From positions 125,056,001 to 125,120,000 of the forward strand of contig CM059431.1 in assembly GCA_030390025.1 (NCBI GenBank): 64,000 nucleotides of DNA. Reading direction: 5' to 3'. Under the pieces are notes generated by a model, which was not told the DNA's origin, did not search any database, and saw nothing but the letters and a program-made list of their open reading frames with translations. The DNA comes from Squalus acanthias. Lineage: Eukaryota. A program made the position numbers and the translations under genes. Below, in pieces: positions 28,320-40,649 of the stretch (its first letter is position 1; each line of letters begins with the position of its first letter).

Positions 28320-28368
<49 letters not shown>
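28320..28368. repeat. Compound microsatellite (CT)n(AT)n
   Basis: Read directly from the sequence. Confidence 0.97.
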
Positions 28369-28371
<3 letters not shown>

Positions 28372-29088
28372 GAGGAGGTGGAGAGGCACAGCTGCCAATG
28401 GTGGGGTAATGGATTTTGTGTTACACAAAAGGCCAGAGTTGGAAGAACGCTGAGTTCTTGGAAGGTTGTAGGGCTGGAAAAGGCTACAGAAATAGGGAGG
28501 GGCAAGACATGAAGGGGTTTGGATATGAGGATCAGAATTTTAAATTGGAGGCGTAGGGGACTGAGAGCCAAAGTAGGCCAGCGAGCACAGGGGTGAAGGG
28601 TGAGCAAGACTTGATGCGGGATAGGATACAGGCAACACAATTTTATATCAGCTGGTTTATGGAGGATGGGAGGCCAGCCAGGAGAGCACTAGAATAGTCA
28701 ATTCTAGAGATGACAAATACATGGATTTTGGTAGCAGATGCACTGAGGCAGAGGCAGAGACAGATGGTGTTGTGGAGGTGGAAGTAGGCAGTCTTTGTGA
28801 TGAAGGGAATAGGGGGTTGGAAACTCATTTAAGGGTCAAATAAGATGCTGAGGTAGCAAACAGCCTGATTCAACCTGAGATAACAGCCAAGGAGGGGGAT
28901 GGAGCTTGTCGCAGGGGCCAAAGATGGTGGTTTCAGCTTTCCTAAGGATTAACTTGAGGAAATTGCGACTGATTCAGGACTGGATGTTGGACAAGCAGTC
29001 TGACAACACAGAGGTAGTGCAGGGGTCGAGGGAGGTGGTGGCAAGTTAGTGCTGGGTGTTGTCAGCCTACATGTGCAACCTGACCCCA
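28372..29088 (-). mobile_element. Decayed L2 LINE fragment
   Basis: ITKTAYFHLHN, SRIDYS and FKILIL; colinear with 9600-10320. Confidence 0.8.
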
Positions 29089-29269
29089 TTAAATCTTTAA
29101 TTGTCAAAGAGAAATTTTAAACCAAATAAAAACAAAATACATATTTCACAATAATATGATAAATTATCAATTGAATTATTTTTGCATTTAAATATTATAA
29201 TGAGGCTTCCTACCTTCATGTTGACAGTCATTCTATTTTTAATTCATGTCGATCGTGTTTCCCACACCT

Positions 29270-29995
29270 CGGGAAACCCGGCAGGTGAAAGAAGATGAGA
29301 AGGGCTGAATCCATGAGGTAATTACCTTTACAGCACTGCTTGTGGACCAGGAGAAGCAGGAGTGTTTTCACCAGGCCAACTAGCTACCCAGTAAAGTACC
29401 CCCCCGCGATCTGTCTGCTCCCACCCAACCACCATCGGACCTGCTGCCCATCATCGGACCCCATCTAGATCACCATCGGACCCCCGACTACCATCTGCTC
29501 CACCCGACCACCATCGGAACCCTCCACCCCCGTGATTGGACCACCTCCTGACCACCCTCTAGTTCACCCCCACCACCATGATCGGACCCCCCCCCCCCCC
29601 GACCACCATCATACCCCACAAATCATCAGAATCCCCCAACCACCATCGGACACCCTCCCCCTGCGATCGGAGCCCCCGAACCCCATTGAACACCCCCCTG
29701 CGATCGGGACTCCCCATCGCGATCGTAACTTCCACTGTGATCGGGAACCCCCCCAGCGATCTAGACACCTCCCCCTGTGATTGGAACACCCCTCCACCCG
29801 CCAGAATCTCTCCCCCCCCCCCACCCTGCCCCACTAGACCTACCTACTCTCCTTGGCTGCAGCCTTGTGCTGTAGGCTTCCCCGCCCAACAGGCCTCCAG
29901 CCTGTCAATCAGGCTGCGTGTAGGCAGGAAACTGACAGAAAACAATTTAAAGGAGTCCTGCAGTTAAAAACTACAGGACATTCGGGAAACCCATA
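29270..29995. mobile_element. MITE-like repeat with C-rich (GATCGG-CCCC) low-complexity core
   Basis: CGGGAAACCC near both ends and many short ATCGG-plus-poly-C units at 29400-29830. Confidence 0.4.
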
Positions 29996-30225
29996 CTTCC
30001 ATGGTGACTTTGACAGCATGACCACCAGATCCAGTTGGCAGTAGGTCTTGTTCCAGCAGGCTGCAAATGTCTGCCACCACCTGACTCGACACCCTGAGCC
30101 TCCTGAGACACTGGTGTTCAAACATGTCAAGGAGGCTTATCCTCTGCCTGTAGATCCCGTGTGCCGGTTATGGCCTCCTGCGACCTGCACCTCGCTCCTC
30201 TGGAGCTGCAGATCTGTGAGCAGCA

Positions 30226-30715
30226 GGCTGCTGCTGGTGCTGCTGCTTCTGCTGGAGCTGCTGCTGGTGCTGCTGCTTCTGCTGGAGCTGCTGCTGGTGC
30301 TGCTGCTTCTGCTGGAGCTGCTGCTGGTGCTGCTGCTTCTGCTGGAGCTGCTGCTGGTGCTGCTGCTTCTGCTGGAGCTGCTGCTGGTGCTGCTGCTTCT
30401 GCTGGAGCTGCTGCTGGTGCTGCTGCTTCTGCTGGAGCTGGAGCTGGTGCTGCTGCTTCTGCTGGAGCTGCTGCTGGTGTTGCTGCTCCTGCTGGTGCTG
30501 CTGCTGGTGCTGCTGCTTCTGCTGGAGCTGCTGCTGGAGCTACTGCTGGTGCTGCTGCTTCTGCTGGAGCTGGAGCTGGTGCTGCTGCTTCTGCTGGAGC
30601 TGCTGCTGGTGTTGCTGCTCCTGCTGGTGCTGCTGCTGGTGCTGCTGCTTCTGCTGGAGCTGCTGCTGGAGCTACTGCTGGTGTTGCTGCTTCTGCTGGT
30701 GCTGGTACTACTGCT
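30226..30715. repeat. CTG/CAG-based 30-bp tandem repeat with a 132-bp higher-order duplication
   Basis: Unit CTGCTGGTGCTGCTGCTTCTGCTGGAGCTG; variant positions recur 132 bp apart (30486/30618 and 30540/30672). Confidence 0.95.
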
Positions 30716-30984
30716 GGTCACCTTGGTCCTCATCTGAGGTCCAATCTGTCAGAGTGTAAGTGGCACCCATGCTGATCTGATAGATCAGAGCTCCACAGTG
30801 CAGATCAGACTTACAAACCTCCAAATGCAGAAGACAACTCTAAAGTGTGTAAAGTAACCTCTCAGCACAAGTACTGTGAAGGTAAGAAAGCAGCTGGGAG
30901 TACGTATTGTCATTTTGCCCCTGTCATTGCCCTCTCAATTGCTGCTGTGTTCTTGCCTTGATTTCGCTGTCAAGTTCCAGGAAA

Positions 30985-31132
30985 TTGAGAGGTCGCACAA
31001 CACCAGGTTATAGTCCAACAGTTTTATTTGAAATCACAAGCTTTCGGAGCTATCGATTGCCCCTTCCTCAGGTGAAGTAAATAGATACAGAATCGCCAAA
31101 GCATATATAGATAGAGAACAAAGCTGTCCGCA
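30985..31132 (-). mobile_element. Short insertion carrying a hammerhead motif, probably a Penelope-like terminal fragment
   Basis: 15-bp TSD TCAAGTTCCAGGAAA (30970-30984 and 31133-31147); second copy at 61197-61281. Confidence 0.7.
31034..31075 (-). ncRNA. Minimal type I hammerhead ribozyme motif
   Basis: Minus strand reads tcac-CTGAGGA-a-ggggc(aatcgata)gctcc-GAAA-gc-TT-gtga. Confidence 0.72.
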
Positions 31133-32559
31133 TCAAGTTCCAGGAAACCTGTGGATCCAAAGTCCCGATGCACTTGCATTTTTGCCAGATTTAACCCCCA
31201 CCCTCACCCAGACTCACGCACTCCTCCAGGTTGAAATTGTTTTTAAAAGAATACAATCTAGTGCTGCTAAACCTGGCATTTACCCCCCACCAGACTGTCA
31301 GGTGCATGCCCTCTCCTCACTGTTAACAGGCACCAAAGTCTACCAGTGAGCCCAACCCCACATTCCATCCTCATGACCTCAATATTAACGAGAGGAAGGG
31401 GTGTGATGGAACCTGGTAGCGGGCAATGAACCCAGGAAGGCCAGGGACATGGAGGCCCTGACGATTTTAAAGGCAGGGGCTTATTTAAATAACTCTTTGC
31501 TGACTCCCGTCCGACACCCAGTGAGATTTACTGCCTGGCCGGCAGACGGGGGTGAGACTTTAGAGGCGGGGGGGCGCAGCCGGGTATCCGTGGGGACCGT
31601 CTCTGGCAGTCAGTAGAAGGAGGGCTTTGCAGAAGATCAGGAATTGGGGGTTCCAGCGAGATTGGGGTGGGGGTGGTGGCGAGGCCGGAGCTGGTGGGGG
31701 GAGAGGCCGGGGCTGGGGAGGGCCAAATGACACCTTGAAGGGTTTGGGGACAGCACTCCTGCTCCTGCCATGCAACATTCGCTCTTCAGAAATTCTATGT
31801 CGTCAGGTCACATTCTGCACGGTAATTAAACGACAGTGGGGCACCTGTAAATGCTTGTGTTTGTAAATGTCTGTTTATATTTGTAAAGGCTTAATAATTG
31901 TCTTTACTTTTCAAATATCGACCACCAACTCTGTGTTCAAGTAGATATTTGTGAGATTGCTTGTTTTGAGCCAGTCTAGGGGCAAGAATCATAAGTCCCC
32001 TTGATAGCTGCTGGAGTTACTTGTCAGGCTTTCTGTGGAGCCACTAATAACTGCTTCCGTACCACAGGGCAAGAGTGTGGCACTGTAGTGCCAAGCATTA
32101 GTTGCAAGAACAGCGAAAACATGCATATGTGTGCAGAATGATAACGTGGGAATAGGTGAAGGATGCTAGTTCGACTGTGAGGCTTCTCTTGTTGTTCAAG
32201 GTGGGTGGGAGCAGTTGTGTGGTCAGGGTTGGGGGTATTCTTACCCTGTGGTAGGGAACAGGTTTTAGCAGTTCAAGTGAAGGCCAGGTAAATAACTCCA
32301 ACAATTGTCAAGTGGATTTATGGCTGCCTCTCACTAAGCCATCTCACAAACTTGTTAATTAATGAGCATACAGATGATTGGATTTAAAAAAAGATTGAAG
32401 CAATTATTGAGCCTTTACTTCAATAAACAGACACACACAAATATTTGCAGGTGCTCTTCTATCAATTAATTACAGAAGAAAATGTGACTTGACAACATAA
32501 AGAGAGGAATTCCAAATTACTTTCACAAGGTTTTCGAGCATAAAATGGTCGCTGATCCT

Positions 32560-33065
32560 GCAAATTTTGGTTGGCAACTACCCATGCCCAATCAGCCCTA
32601 CAAGTGAGCTGGTCCCTATAATGGAACAAAGTGCCTTTTAGGAGTCCAGGGCATCTACCTGAAACAGGTGCCTTGCATATGCAAATTGGGACCTAACGCT
32701 GGTTGTCGAACCCTGATTGAAATTCAAATAAAAATGGGCAGAGCGTATGCCATGTAAGCTCCGCCTAGTTGTACCGGGTCTTGAGCATTCCAACCAGTGG
32801 TCCTTAAAGGGACCACTGGAAGACCTCAAAAAATGAATCCACAAAAATACTTCCTGTTGCTGCCGTTTCAGGTTGCCCCCACGCCCCCCCCCCGCCCACC
32901 CCTCCGCTTTGCCTTCCACTTCTCCGACGACCTACCTGCGGGCTGGCGCAGCATCAGAGCCGGCTGGAATTGGTCAGACATCGACCGGCAAGCTGCATCG
33001 GGGCATATGTTTCGCATTTGCAGCTCGCTGGTATAACTCAAATGAAGTCCAACGCCAAATTTCGA
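32560..33065. mobile_element. Degenerate Harbinger-type MITE
   Basis: CAAATTTTGG...CCAAATTTCG ends; shares CCTTAAAGGGACC and ATGCAAAT motifs with other MITEs in the window. Confidence 0.45.
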
Positions 33066-33349
33066 TGGGGCTTCAGTCTGGTGTGCGAAGCAATCGCTTT
33101 GTCAACTTGCCACCAGTTTTGGGCTCAAGTCCAATTACTTGACCAAAATTTCTCAAGTGCACAATAGCGGGTGTGAAGCGAATAGGATATCATAATGTTA
33201 AATAACCCTAACAATGAAAATAATCTTCAGAAGTAATGTTGTAGAAATTATAGAAATTACAGAAATTGCTTGCATGCTTTAGTAAAGCATGTCTTGTAAT
33301 AGAAATACAAAAGCAAAATACTGCAGATGCTGGAAATCTGAAATAAAAC

Positions 33350-33703
33350 GGCTAAAGCCCCCCACGATTATTGTATTACCTTTGTTACAAGCTCCTATTG
33401 TGTGTTGATTAATACTCTGTCCAATGTATAAGCCATTGTTTGGGGGCCGATACACTACTCCCACCAGTGTTTTCTGCCGTTTGTTATTTCTTATCTCCAC
33501 CTATACTGATTCTACTTCTTGCTCTTCCAAGCCAAGATCCTTTCTCACTACGGTCCTTATGTCATCCTTTATTATCAGGGCTACCCACTCCACCCCCACC
33601 ACATTTTCCATTCTGCCTGTCTTTTCGAAACATCAAGTACCTTGGAATATTTAGTTCCCAACCTTGGTCACCTTGCAACCACATATCTGTAATGGCTATT
33701 AGA
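33350..33703 (-). mobile_element. CR1 endonuclease-domain fragment
   Basis: TLVGVVYRPPN...TIIVG in ORF 33279-33500. Confidence 0.75.
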
Positions 33704-34953
33704 TGAATTCTGGACTCAACATTGAGTTCAATAATTTCACATCATAACATCTGCCCCCATTTTTTCAGATGGCAGCAGTTGATGATTCAGCCATTCCCAT
33801 TTGCACCTCTTCTAGATGCATCTTTTGTTTCTTTACTTGTCCCATTACCACCTCCTTTCGCCTTGCACCATCATCCCTTTTGTCATTTAATCTCTCCTGC
33901 CTTCCACCCTATCACAGACCTTCCCTTTTGTTCTTTCCTCCCCTCCCCCCTTTCCCTGCCTCTGCACTTGCTTAAAATCTGTTATGTCTCTAACCTTTTC
34001 CAGTTCTGATGAAAGGTCATCGAGCTGAAATGTTGGCAGGAATCTTTACCTTGGAGTTGGGTCGGGTGCGTGCCGGCCGCATAGCGGGTCGGGAACCCAA
34101 AGATTTGAAAAGCACTGCACTGCATGTTTAACTCAGTGCCCCCAATTAAAACAGACATGCACGTTTCCCGGCCCAATTAAATGGAGCGGGTCTGATGATG
34201 TCACCAATAACTCATTTTCAGTGCGGCTATTTAAAGCAGCCTTGCACACATCTCATTTGAAGGTTGATATAGGACTGTAGAAGGTGGTTTCAGAGATCTA
34301 AATAACGGAATAAACCTGACAAAACTGTGGGTCATGGAGACAAGACAGCACCAAGATTCACAGATGCCTCCCTGGAAGTTCTGGTGCAGGCAGTACGAGC
34401 ATGCAGGGAGGTCCTCTTCCCTGACGATAGATGAAAATGACCACTTAAAGAGACAAAAAGGTCATGGCTGGAGATCGAAGAGGAGGTCAATATCAGGGAT
34501 GTGAGGAGGACGTGGATCCAGTGCTAGAAAAGATTCAATAATCTCCTGAGGTCAGGAAAGGTGAGTGCAATGCCACACTCACCTACATCCTGATGTGCCT
34601 GTCACCACAACCCCATCACTCTGCCTTCCCAAGCCTACTCCTGCACATCATTCCTCACACCAACCTACCTTGCAGGTCCACCCATCCCTCTCTGTCTATG
34701 TACCTACTCACATCCCCCTCTGACCAACCACCACAGACACCCTCTTCTTAATGCAATCATAGCAAGTAACACCACAGGAGGCCATTTGGCAATCCCACAC
34801 CACTCCCTCATAGTCACCCTCTTCAGATGTACCCATCCATTCCTTACACTCAGTCCATCACTCTGACTCAAAGTTCTCTTCTTACCCTCCTTGCAGAAGA
34901 AGAGAGCGCACAACAACAGGGAGAATAAAAGAACCGGAGGTGGTCCTCCAGTC

Positions 34954-36052
34954 TTCAGGGGGAAAACTCTCCACTGGCTGGAGTCATACCTAGCACGAAG
35001 GAAGATGGTTGTGGTGGTTGAAGGTCAATCATCACAGCCCCAGGACATCACTGCAGGAGTTCCTCAGGGCAGTGTCCTAAGCCAAACCATCTTCAGTTGC
35101 TTCATCAATGACCTTCCCTCCAACATAAGGTCAGAAATGGGGATGTTCGCTGATGACTGCACAGTTTTCAGCGCCATTCACAACTCCTCAGATAATGAAG
35201 CAGTCCATGCCCGCAGGCAACAAGACCTGGACTGCATTCAGGTTTAGGCTGATAAGTGGCAGGTAACATTCGCACCACACAAGTGCCAGGCAATGACTAT
35301 CTCCAACAAGCGAGAGTCTAACCACCGCCCCATGACATTCAACGACATTACCATCGCCGAATCACCCACCACCAACATCCTGGGGAGGTCACCATTGACC
35401 AGAAACTTAACTGGACCAGCCACATAAATACTCTGGCAACAAGATCAGATCAGAGGCTAGGTATTCTGCGGTGAGTGTCTCACCTCCTGATGCCACAAAG
35501 CCCTTCCACCATCTACAAGGCACAAGTCAGGAGTGTGCTGGAATACTCTCCACTTGCCTGGATGAGTGCAGCTCCAACAACACTCAAGAAGCTCAACACC
35601 ATCCAGGACAAAGCAGTCCGCTTGATTGGCACCCCATCCACCACCTTAAACATTCACTCCCTCCACCACCGGCGTACCGTGGATGCAATGTGTATCATCT
35701 ACAAAATGCACTGCAGCAACTCGCCAAGGCTTCTTCGGCAGCACCTCCCGAACCCGCAACCTCTTCCACCTAGAAGGACAAGGGCAGCAGGCACATGGGA
35801 ACACCACCACCATCAAGTTCCCCTTCAAGTCACACACCATCCTGACTTAGAAGTATATCGCCGATCCTTCATCGTCGCTGGGTCAAAATCCTGGAACTCC
35901 CTCCCTAACAGCACTGTGGAAGTACCTTCACCACATGGACTGCAGCGGTTCAAGAAAGCGGCTCACCACCACCTTCTCAGTGGCAATTAGGGATGGGCAA
36001 TAAATGCTGGCCTTGCCAGCGACACCCACATCCCATAAACATTAAAAAAAAA
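34954..36052 (+). mobile_element. CR1/Zenon-like LINE, copy C (5'-truncated), inserted in Myb exon 2
   Basis: GVPQGSVL and MFADD; near-identical to 46520-47608; A-tail at about 36044-36052. Confidence 0.92.
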
Positions 36053-36720
36053 TTGATTCCAGCAGAGGAACAAGCCTTCGAAATCTCTGGAGTTACAGAT
36101 CTGCTGGCGGTGGGAGACGGAGAGCGGGCGACCTCCCAGCAAACAGGTGACAGAATTAAATCTCATGCAGCCACATGGCATACAACAGTCATCCATATGG
36201 TGACTGATGTCAGCATCCAGTTAAATGTCATCAAGTGCATAATGGTATTGTTACCCATTCTTATCATAACACTTCTAATTCATCTCTTTACTTTCCCACA
36301 GGTCCATCAAGTGTCCTCGCACTGTCCATCCGCAGGAGGAAGATGACACCTCAGAGGAAGCTCCATTCTCTGAGGGTGCACTGTCAGCAGACCCATGCAC
36401 AGCCTGCACCAGCGCAGATACACACACCTCGGTGGGTCCTGTGCAAGATAGAGTAGTGTTGTCACCTAGTGCCTCTCACCTGGTGTCTCTCACATCACAA
36501 GTGAACAAGAGCAGCTGGTGTTAACAGGGACAGCAGTGGAGACTCCTCGCTGGAGGGCGCAGGACGCTCCAAGATCTGCTGAGCTGCATGCAGATGCCGA
36601 ACTTCGGGGGCCATTGAGAAAGAGGGTGATTTTAGAGGGGCAGCAACAATTGCATGAGGCTCTGGCAGCTTTTGCAGCCGTGATGTCTGCAAATCTCCAG
36701 AGAATGGAGGCCAGAGGACG

Positions 36721-37377
36721 AGGAGATGCCAATGACTGCAATGGAGGAGGTGCAGCAACCAGACTCCGTCCTTCCTTCAGCGGAGATGTTCCTGGATGGA
36801 ATGACCTTGGCCGATCCGAAGGGGTCGGAGTTTGGACGGGTTTCCATGGACGGGACGAGGCGTTTCAGCTGCTCCAAGTGTGGGAAGGGCTTTAACCGAA
36901 ACTACCGGCTGAAACTGCACCTGCTCGTCCACACGGGGGAGAAGCCCCTGAAGTATCCGGACTGTGGGAGGGGATTCATTGACCCCCTCCAACCTCCGCA
37001 AGCACCGGCGCACGCACACGGGGGAGGATGAGGTAATTGACCTGGTGGTCCGGTGACACCAAGCTTGGCTTTTTAAAGGTCTCGACTTTGGGAGGAAGGG
37101 AGGGGCGGAGTTGTTCAGTCTGAGATCTCGGAAAAGAACGAGATAGAGTAGGAGACGGCGCGATGAGGCTTCATTGCAACACGGTGAGGAGGCGGGAGAC
37201 AGTAGTGTGTAGGAGATGCCAATGACTGCAATGGAGGAGGTGCAGCAACCAGACTCCATCCTTCCTTCAGCGGAGATGTTCCCGGATGGAATAACCTTGG
37301 CCGATCCGAAGGGGTCGGAGTTTGGACGGGTTTCCACAGACGGGACAAGGCGTTTTAGCTGCTCCAAGTGTGGGAAG
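36721..37377 (+). repeat. 167-bp direct duplication (36721-36887 and 37211-37377), 490-bp period
   Basis: About 7 mismatches by eye, all transitions. Confidence 0.95.
36726..37056 (+). pseudogene. Small two-finger C2H2 zinc-finger ORF (about 109 aa after one frameshift correction)
   Basis: FSCSKCGKGFNRNYRLKLHLLVH-TGEKP-LKYPDCGRGFIDP/SNLRKHRRTHTGEDEVIDLVVR*; +1 frameshift in a C run near 36985; the first Cys of finger 2 is Tyr. Confidence 0.8.
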
Positions 37378-37876
37378 TCCCATGGAAGGAGTTCAGCGAA
37401 GATTCACAAGGCTGATACCTGGGATGGCAGGAATGACATATGAGGAGAGATTGGGTCGATTGGGCTTATACTCGCTGGAGTATAGAAGAATGAGAGGGGA
37501 TCTCATCGAAACATATAAAATTCTGACAGGTCTGGACAAACTAGATGCAGGAAGAATGTTCCCGATGGTCGGAGAGTCCAGAATCAGGGGTCATAATCTA
37601 AGGATAAGGGGTAAGCCATTTAGGACAGAAATTAGGAAGAATTTCTTCACCCAGAGAGTGGTGAACCTGTGGAATTCTCTACCACAGAAGGTAGTTGAGG
37701 CCAAGTCATTAAATATATTCAAGAATGAGTTAGATATATTTCTTAAAGCTAAAGGTATCAAGGGATATGGGGAGAAGGCAGGTACAGGGTACTGAGTTTG
37801 GATGATCAGCCATGATCTCATCGAATGGTGGAGCAGGCTCGAGGGGCCGAATGGCCTACTCCTGCTCCTATCTTCC
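37378..37876 (+). mobile_element. CR1 3' end
   Basis: VQRRFTRLIPG...RRMRGDLIETYK...FFTQRVVNLWN; the tail matches the reverse complement of 4050-4130. Confidence 0.9.
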
Positions 37877-38029
37877 ATGTAGGACAGGGGAATTTGAAGC
37901 CGAGGAGGAGCAGGAGAAGGACATTCAGAGGGAGCACTGATGATGCGAGTGATGACCGGGATGGGAAAGCTAGTGATGAGATGAGAATTTGGCTTCTGTT
38001 TTGAGAGTCACAGCTGATGACTGTGTATA

Positions 38030-38575
38030 ACTCTGGTCGCCATATTATTAAAAGGATATAGAGGCACTGGAGAGGGTGCAAAATGATTTACTAGGTTGAT
38101 ACCAGAAGTGCGAGGTTATACCTATCAGGAAAGGATGAACAGGCTGGGTCTTCATTTCTCTTGAAAAGAGAAGGCTGAGGGGGTGACCTAATAGAGGTCT
38201 TTAAAATTATGAAAGGTTTTGATAGTGTAGATACAAAGAGAGTGTTTCCACTTGTGGAGAAGAGCAAAACTAGAGGCCATCAATAGAAGATAGTCACCAA
38301 GAAGTCAAATAGGGAATTCAGAAGAAACTTCTTTACCCAGAGAGTGGTGAGAATGTGGAACTCGCTACCACAGGGAGTAGTTGAGGTGAATAGTACAGAT
38401 GCATTAAAGGGAGGCTAGATAAGCATATGAGGGAGAAGGGAATAGAGGGTTATGATGATAGAGTTAGATGAGGAAAGACGGGAGAAGGCTCGAGTGGAGC
38501 ATAAACGCCAGCATGGACTGGTTGGGCCGGAGGGCCTGTTTCTGTGCTGTATATCCTATGTAATCTTATGTAATG
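38030..38575 (+). mobile_element. CR1 3' end, different subfamily
   Basis: DIEALERV, GDLIEVFKIMKG and NFFTQRVVRMWN; repeated TATGTAAT tail at about 38556-38575. Confidence 0.85.
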
Positions 38576-39424
38576 AATCCATCTCCAACATGAGCACCAC
38601 CATGTCGCAGGCAATGACGACAATGTGCTGTTCCATGGAAACGATGGCGACCTGCATGGAGCGGCAAATGCGCCAGTCCAACGAGAACATGCTTGCTGTG
38701 AACAGATGGCAGATGCTCATTGACCTCATCTTGAGGAGGGATAGAAACATAGAATTGGGCCTTCATCGCCCCACTGACGTACAGCAAGGTGCTCTCCAGC
38801 TCCTTCCTAGCAGGGAAATGTGGGTGGCCCATGAGAGGGATGATGTTGAGAGGGGACATGGAAGTGGGCGCTCTTCTCAAAGTACTCACACTTCTCCCCT
38901 GTTGCCTCCCCCTCAGTCAGAGGCCCACATGCTTCCTCGGATCCCGATGGCCGAGTCTGCCCCTCCACAGGTGCAGGAGGAGCAGTCTTTGGCGGGGCCC
39001 TCACAGGCTCCAAAACTCAGAGGACGTCTGCCAAAAGTGTCAAAGCAGTCACAGCAGGGAAGTGTGCAGCCTGCCTCTACCTCTGCTCTAGCCACAGGGG
39101 TTGCACTTCGTCGAAGCACACGGAAAAGAAAAAAGACACAATCGTAGATACAAGGGTATGCACATGGGTGTATGAAAAAATTTTAATGTTAAGTTTCAGT
39201 TCTATTTCTGATGCACATAAATTTATTTCTTTGCACCACTTTCCTGTCTTGTCCATTTTGCCTGCTACCTGGGAGTGAATGGTGAGACATTACTTAACTT
39301 CGAGCTATGGGGGTTTGGATGAGAGGACAGGCTTGGTCATTGTAGGGCTGCTTTGTGGTGTTATTTGGTGGGGGGGGGGATGTTAGTACAGCATGTGACA
39401 GCCATGTGGGTGCACTGGAGCAAG

Positions 39425-40649
39425 TTAAGTAAATCTGGCCATCATGAGGTCATCCCCGGCCTCCGGGTCAGCAATGGGCGCCACTGCTGGTGCCATCTCC
39501 ACGTCAGGTTTGTCGTCCTCTTCCTCCTCATTTTCCACCTGTTCCTCCTCCTCCCCTGAAGAGGATGTGCGGTCTGTGCCCTGCTCTTCATGCAGCTCCA
39601 ATTCTCGCTGTGCTATGTTGTGCAGTGCGCAGCAAACGATGATGATTGTGGCAACCCTGGCTGGTGCATACTGAAGAGCTCCTCCAGATCTGTCAAGGCA
39701 TCTGAAGCGCATCATGCCTATTGCTTGCTGTATGACACATCTGATGGACATGTGGCTCTCATTATAATGCTCCTCGGCCTCATTACTTGGCATCCTCAAG
39801 GGTGTCATCAGCCACGTCTTCAGTGGATAGCCCTTGTCTCCAAGCAGCCAGCCGGTAAGTCTGTTTGGAGGTGTGAAGAGCTGAGGAAGGGTGGACTGGG
39901 GCAGCACAAAAGACTCATGGCAGCTGCCAGGGAATCTGGCACACACATGCATGATGATCTTTTTATGATTGCAGATGAGCTGCACATTGAGGGAGTGGAA
40001 GCCCTTGCAGTTCACAAACACTCCTGGGTGATCTGGGGGTGCCTTGACCGCCACATGTGTGCAGTCGATGACGCCCTGCACTTGTGGGAAGCCAGTCAGA
40101 GCCGCAAAGCCGAGCACCCACTCAGTAACACTGGCTTCATCAGTGGCAAAGTTCACATAATTGACTGACTTGTGAAACATGGCATCGGTCACCTGGGTGA
40201 TGCATCTGAGTACGGCCGATAGCGAGATCCCACAAATTTCTGCTGCAGATCCCTGGAAGGAGCCTGAGGTGAAGAAGTTGAGGGTGGTGGTGACTTTGAC
40301 AGCCACTGGTAAGGCGTGTCCACCAGGTCCTGTGGGCAGCAGGTACTTGGTCCAGCAAGCTACGAATGTCTGTGACGACCTATCACTGCTGCTCAGTCAT
40401 GTCCAGGAAGCTAATCCTCTGCCTGTATACCCTGTGTTGGGAGTATCGCCTTTGGCATGGTGCAGCCCTGTGCTGACCCCCTCTCTCCTGTGGAGCACCA
40501 TGTCATTGAGGAGAAGGTTGCTGTTGTGGTTGCTGCTGGTGTTGTTACTGCTGCTGGTGTTGTGACTGCTGTGGCTGGTGTTGTTGGTGCTGGGGCTCAT
40601 CTTGGTCCGATTCTGAGGTCCAAGGTGAAAGAGCATAAGTGGCACCCAT
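39425..40649 (-). pseudogene. Harbinger DDE transposase (HARBI1-like), decayed
   Basis: [26 protein letters not shown] and CCALHN. The third catalytic position reads IQQAIG where the 59907 copy has IEQTIG. Stops and a deletion in the N-terminal part. Confidence 0.9.

Larger units (their letters stand above)
29996..31240 (-). mobile_element. Harbinger fragment: element end plus 5' part of the transposase (ATG at 30770)
   Basis: 30720-30785 matches 40600-40664. Translates to IYRQRISLLDMFEHQCLRRLR...VVADICSLLEQDLLP...AVKVT. The right end resembles 41110-41197. Confidence 0.8.
34334..39147 (+). pseudogene. Harbinger Myb/SANT-like DNA-binding protein gene, 3 exons (34334-34560, 34897-36146, 36302-39147), disrupted
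   Basis: APRFTDASLEVLVQAV...KRFNNLLRSGK followed by gtgagt; canonical splice sites match the 57185 copy; ends RRSTRKRKKTQS*. Disrupted by stops and by insertions at 34954-36052 and about 36711-38575. Confidence 0.8.

Noticed and set aside
30048..30775. Long poly-Leu, poly-Ala/Gly and poly-Ser ORFs
   Set aside because: These are alternative frames of the CTG-based repeat. Homology to 40649 shows the meaningful frame is the Q-rich transposase N-terminus.
37322..39147. ORFs 37322-37795 and 38452-39147 as genes
   Set aside because: Both span insertion junctions (ZNF/CR1 and CR1/Myb exon 3).
39425..40306. Host HARBI1 gene
   Set aside because: It lies between TIRs with a convergent Myb gene, has an altered catalytic residue and upstream stops, and has several paralogous fragments in the window. 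It is a transposon copy.
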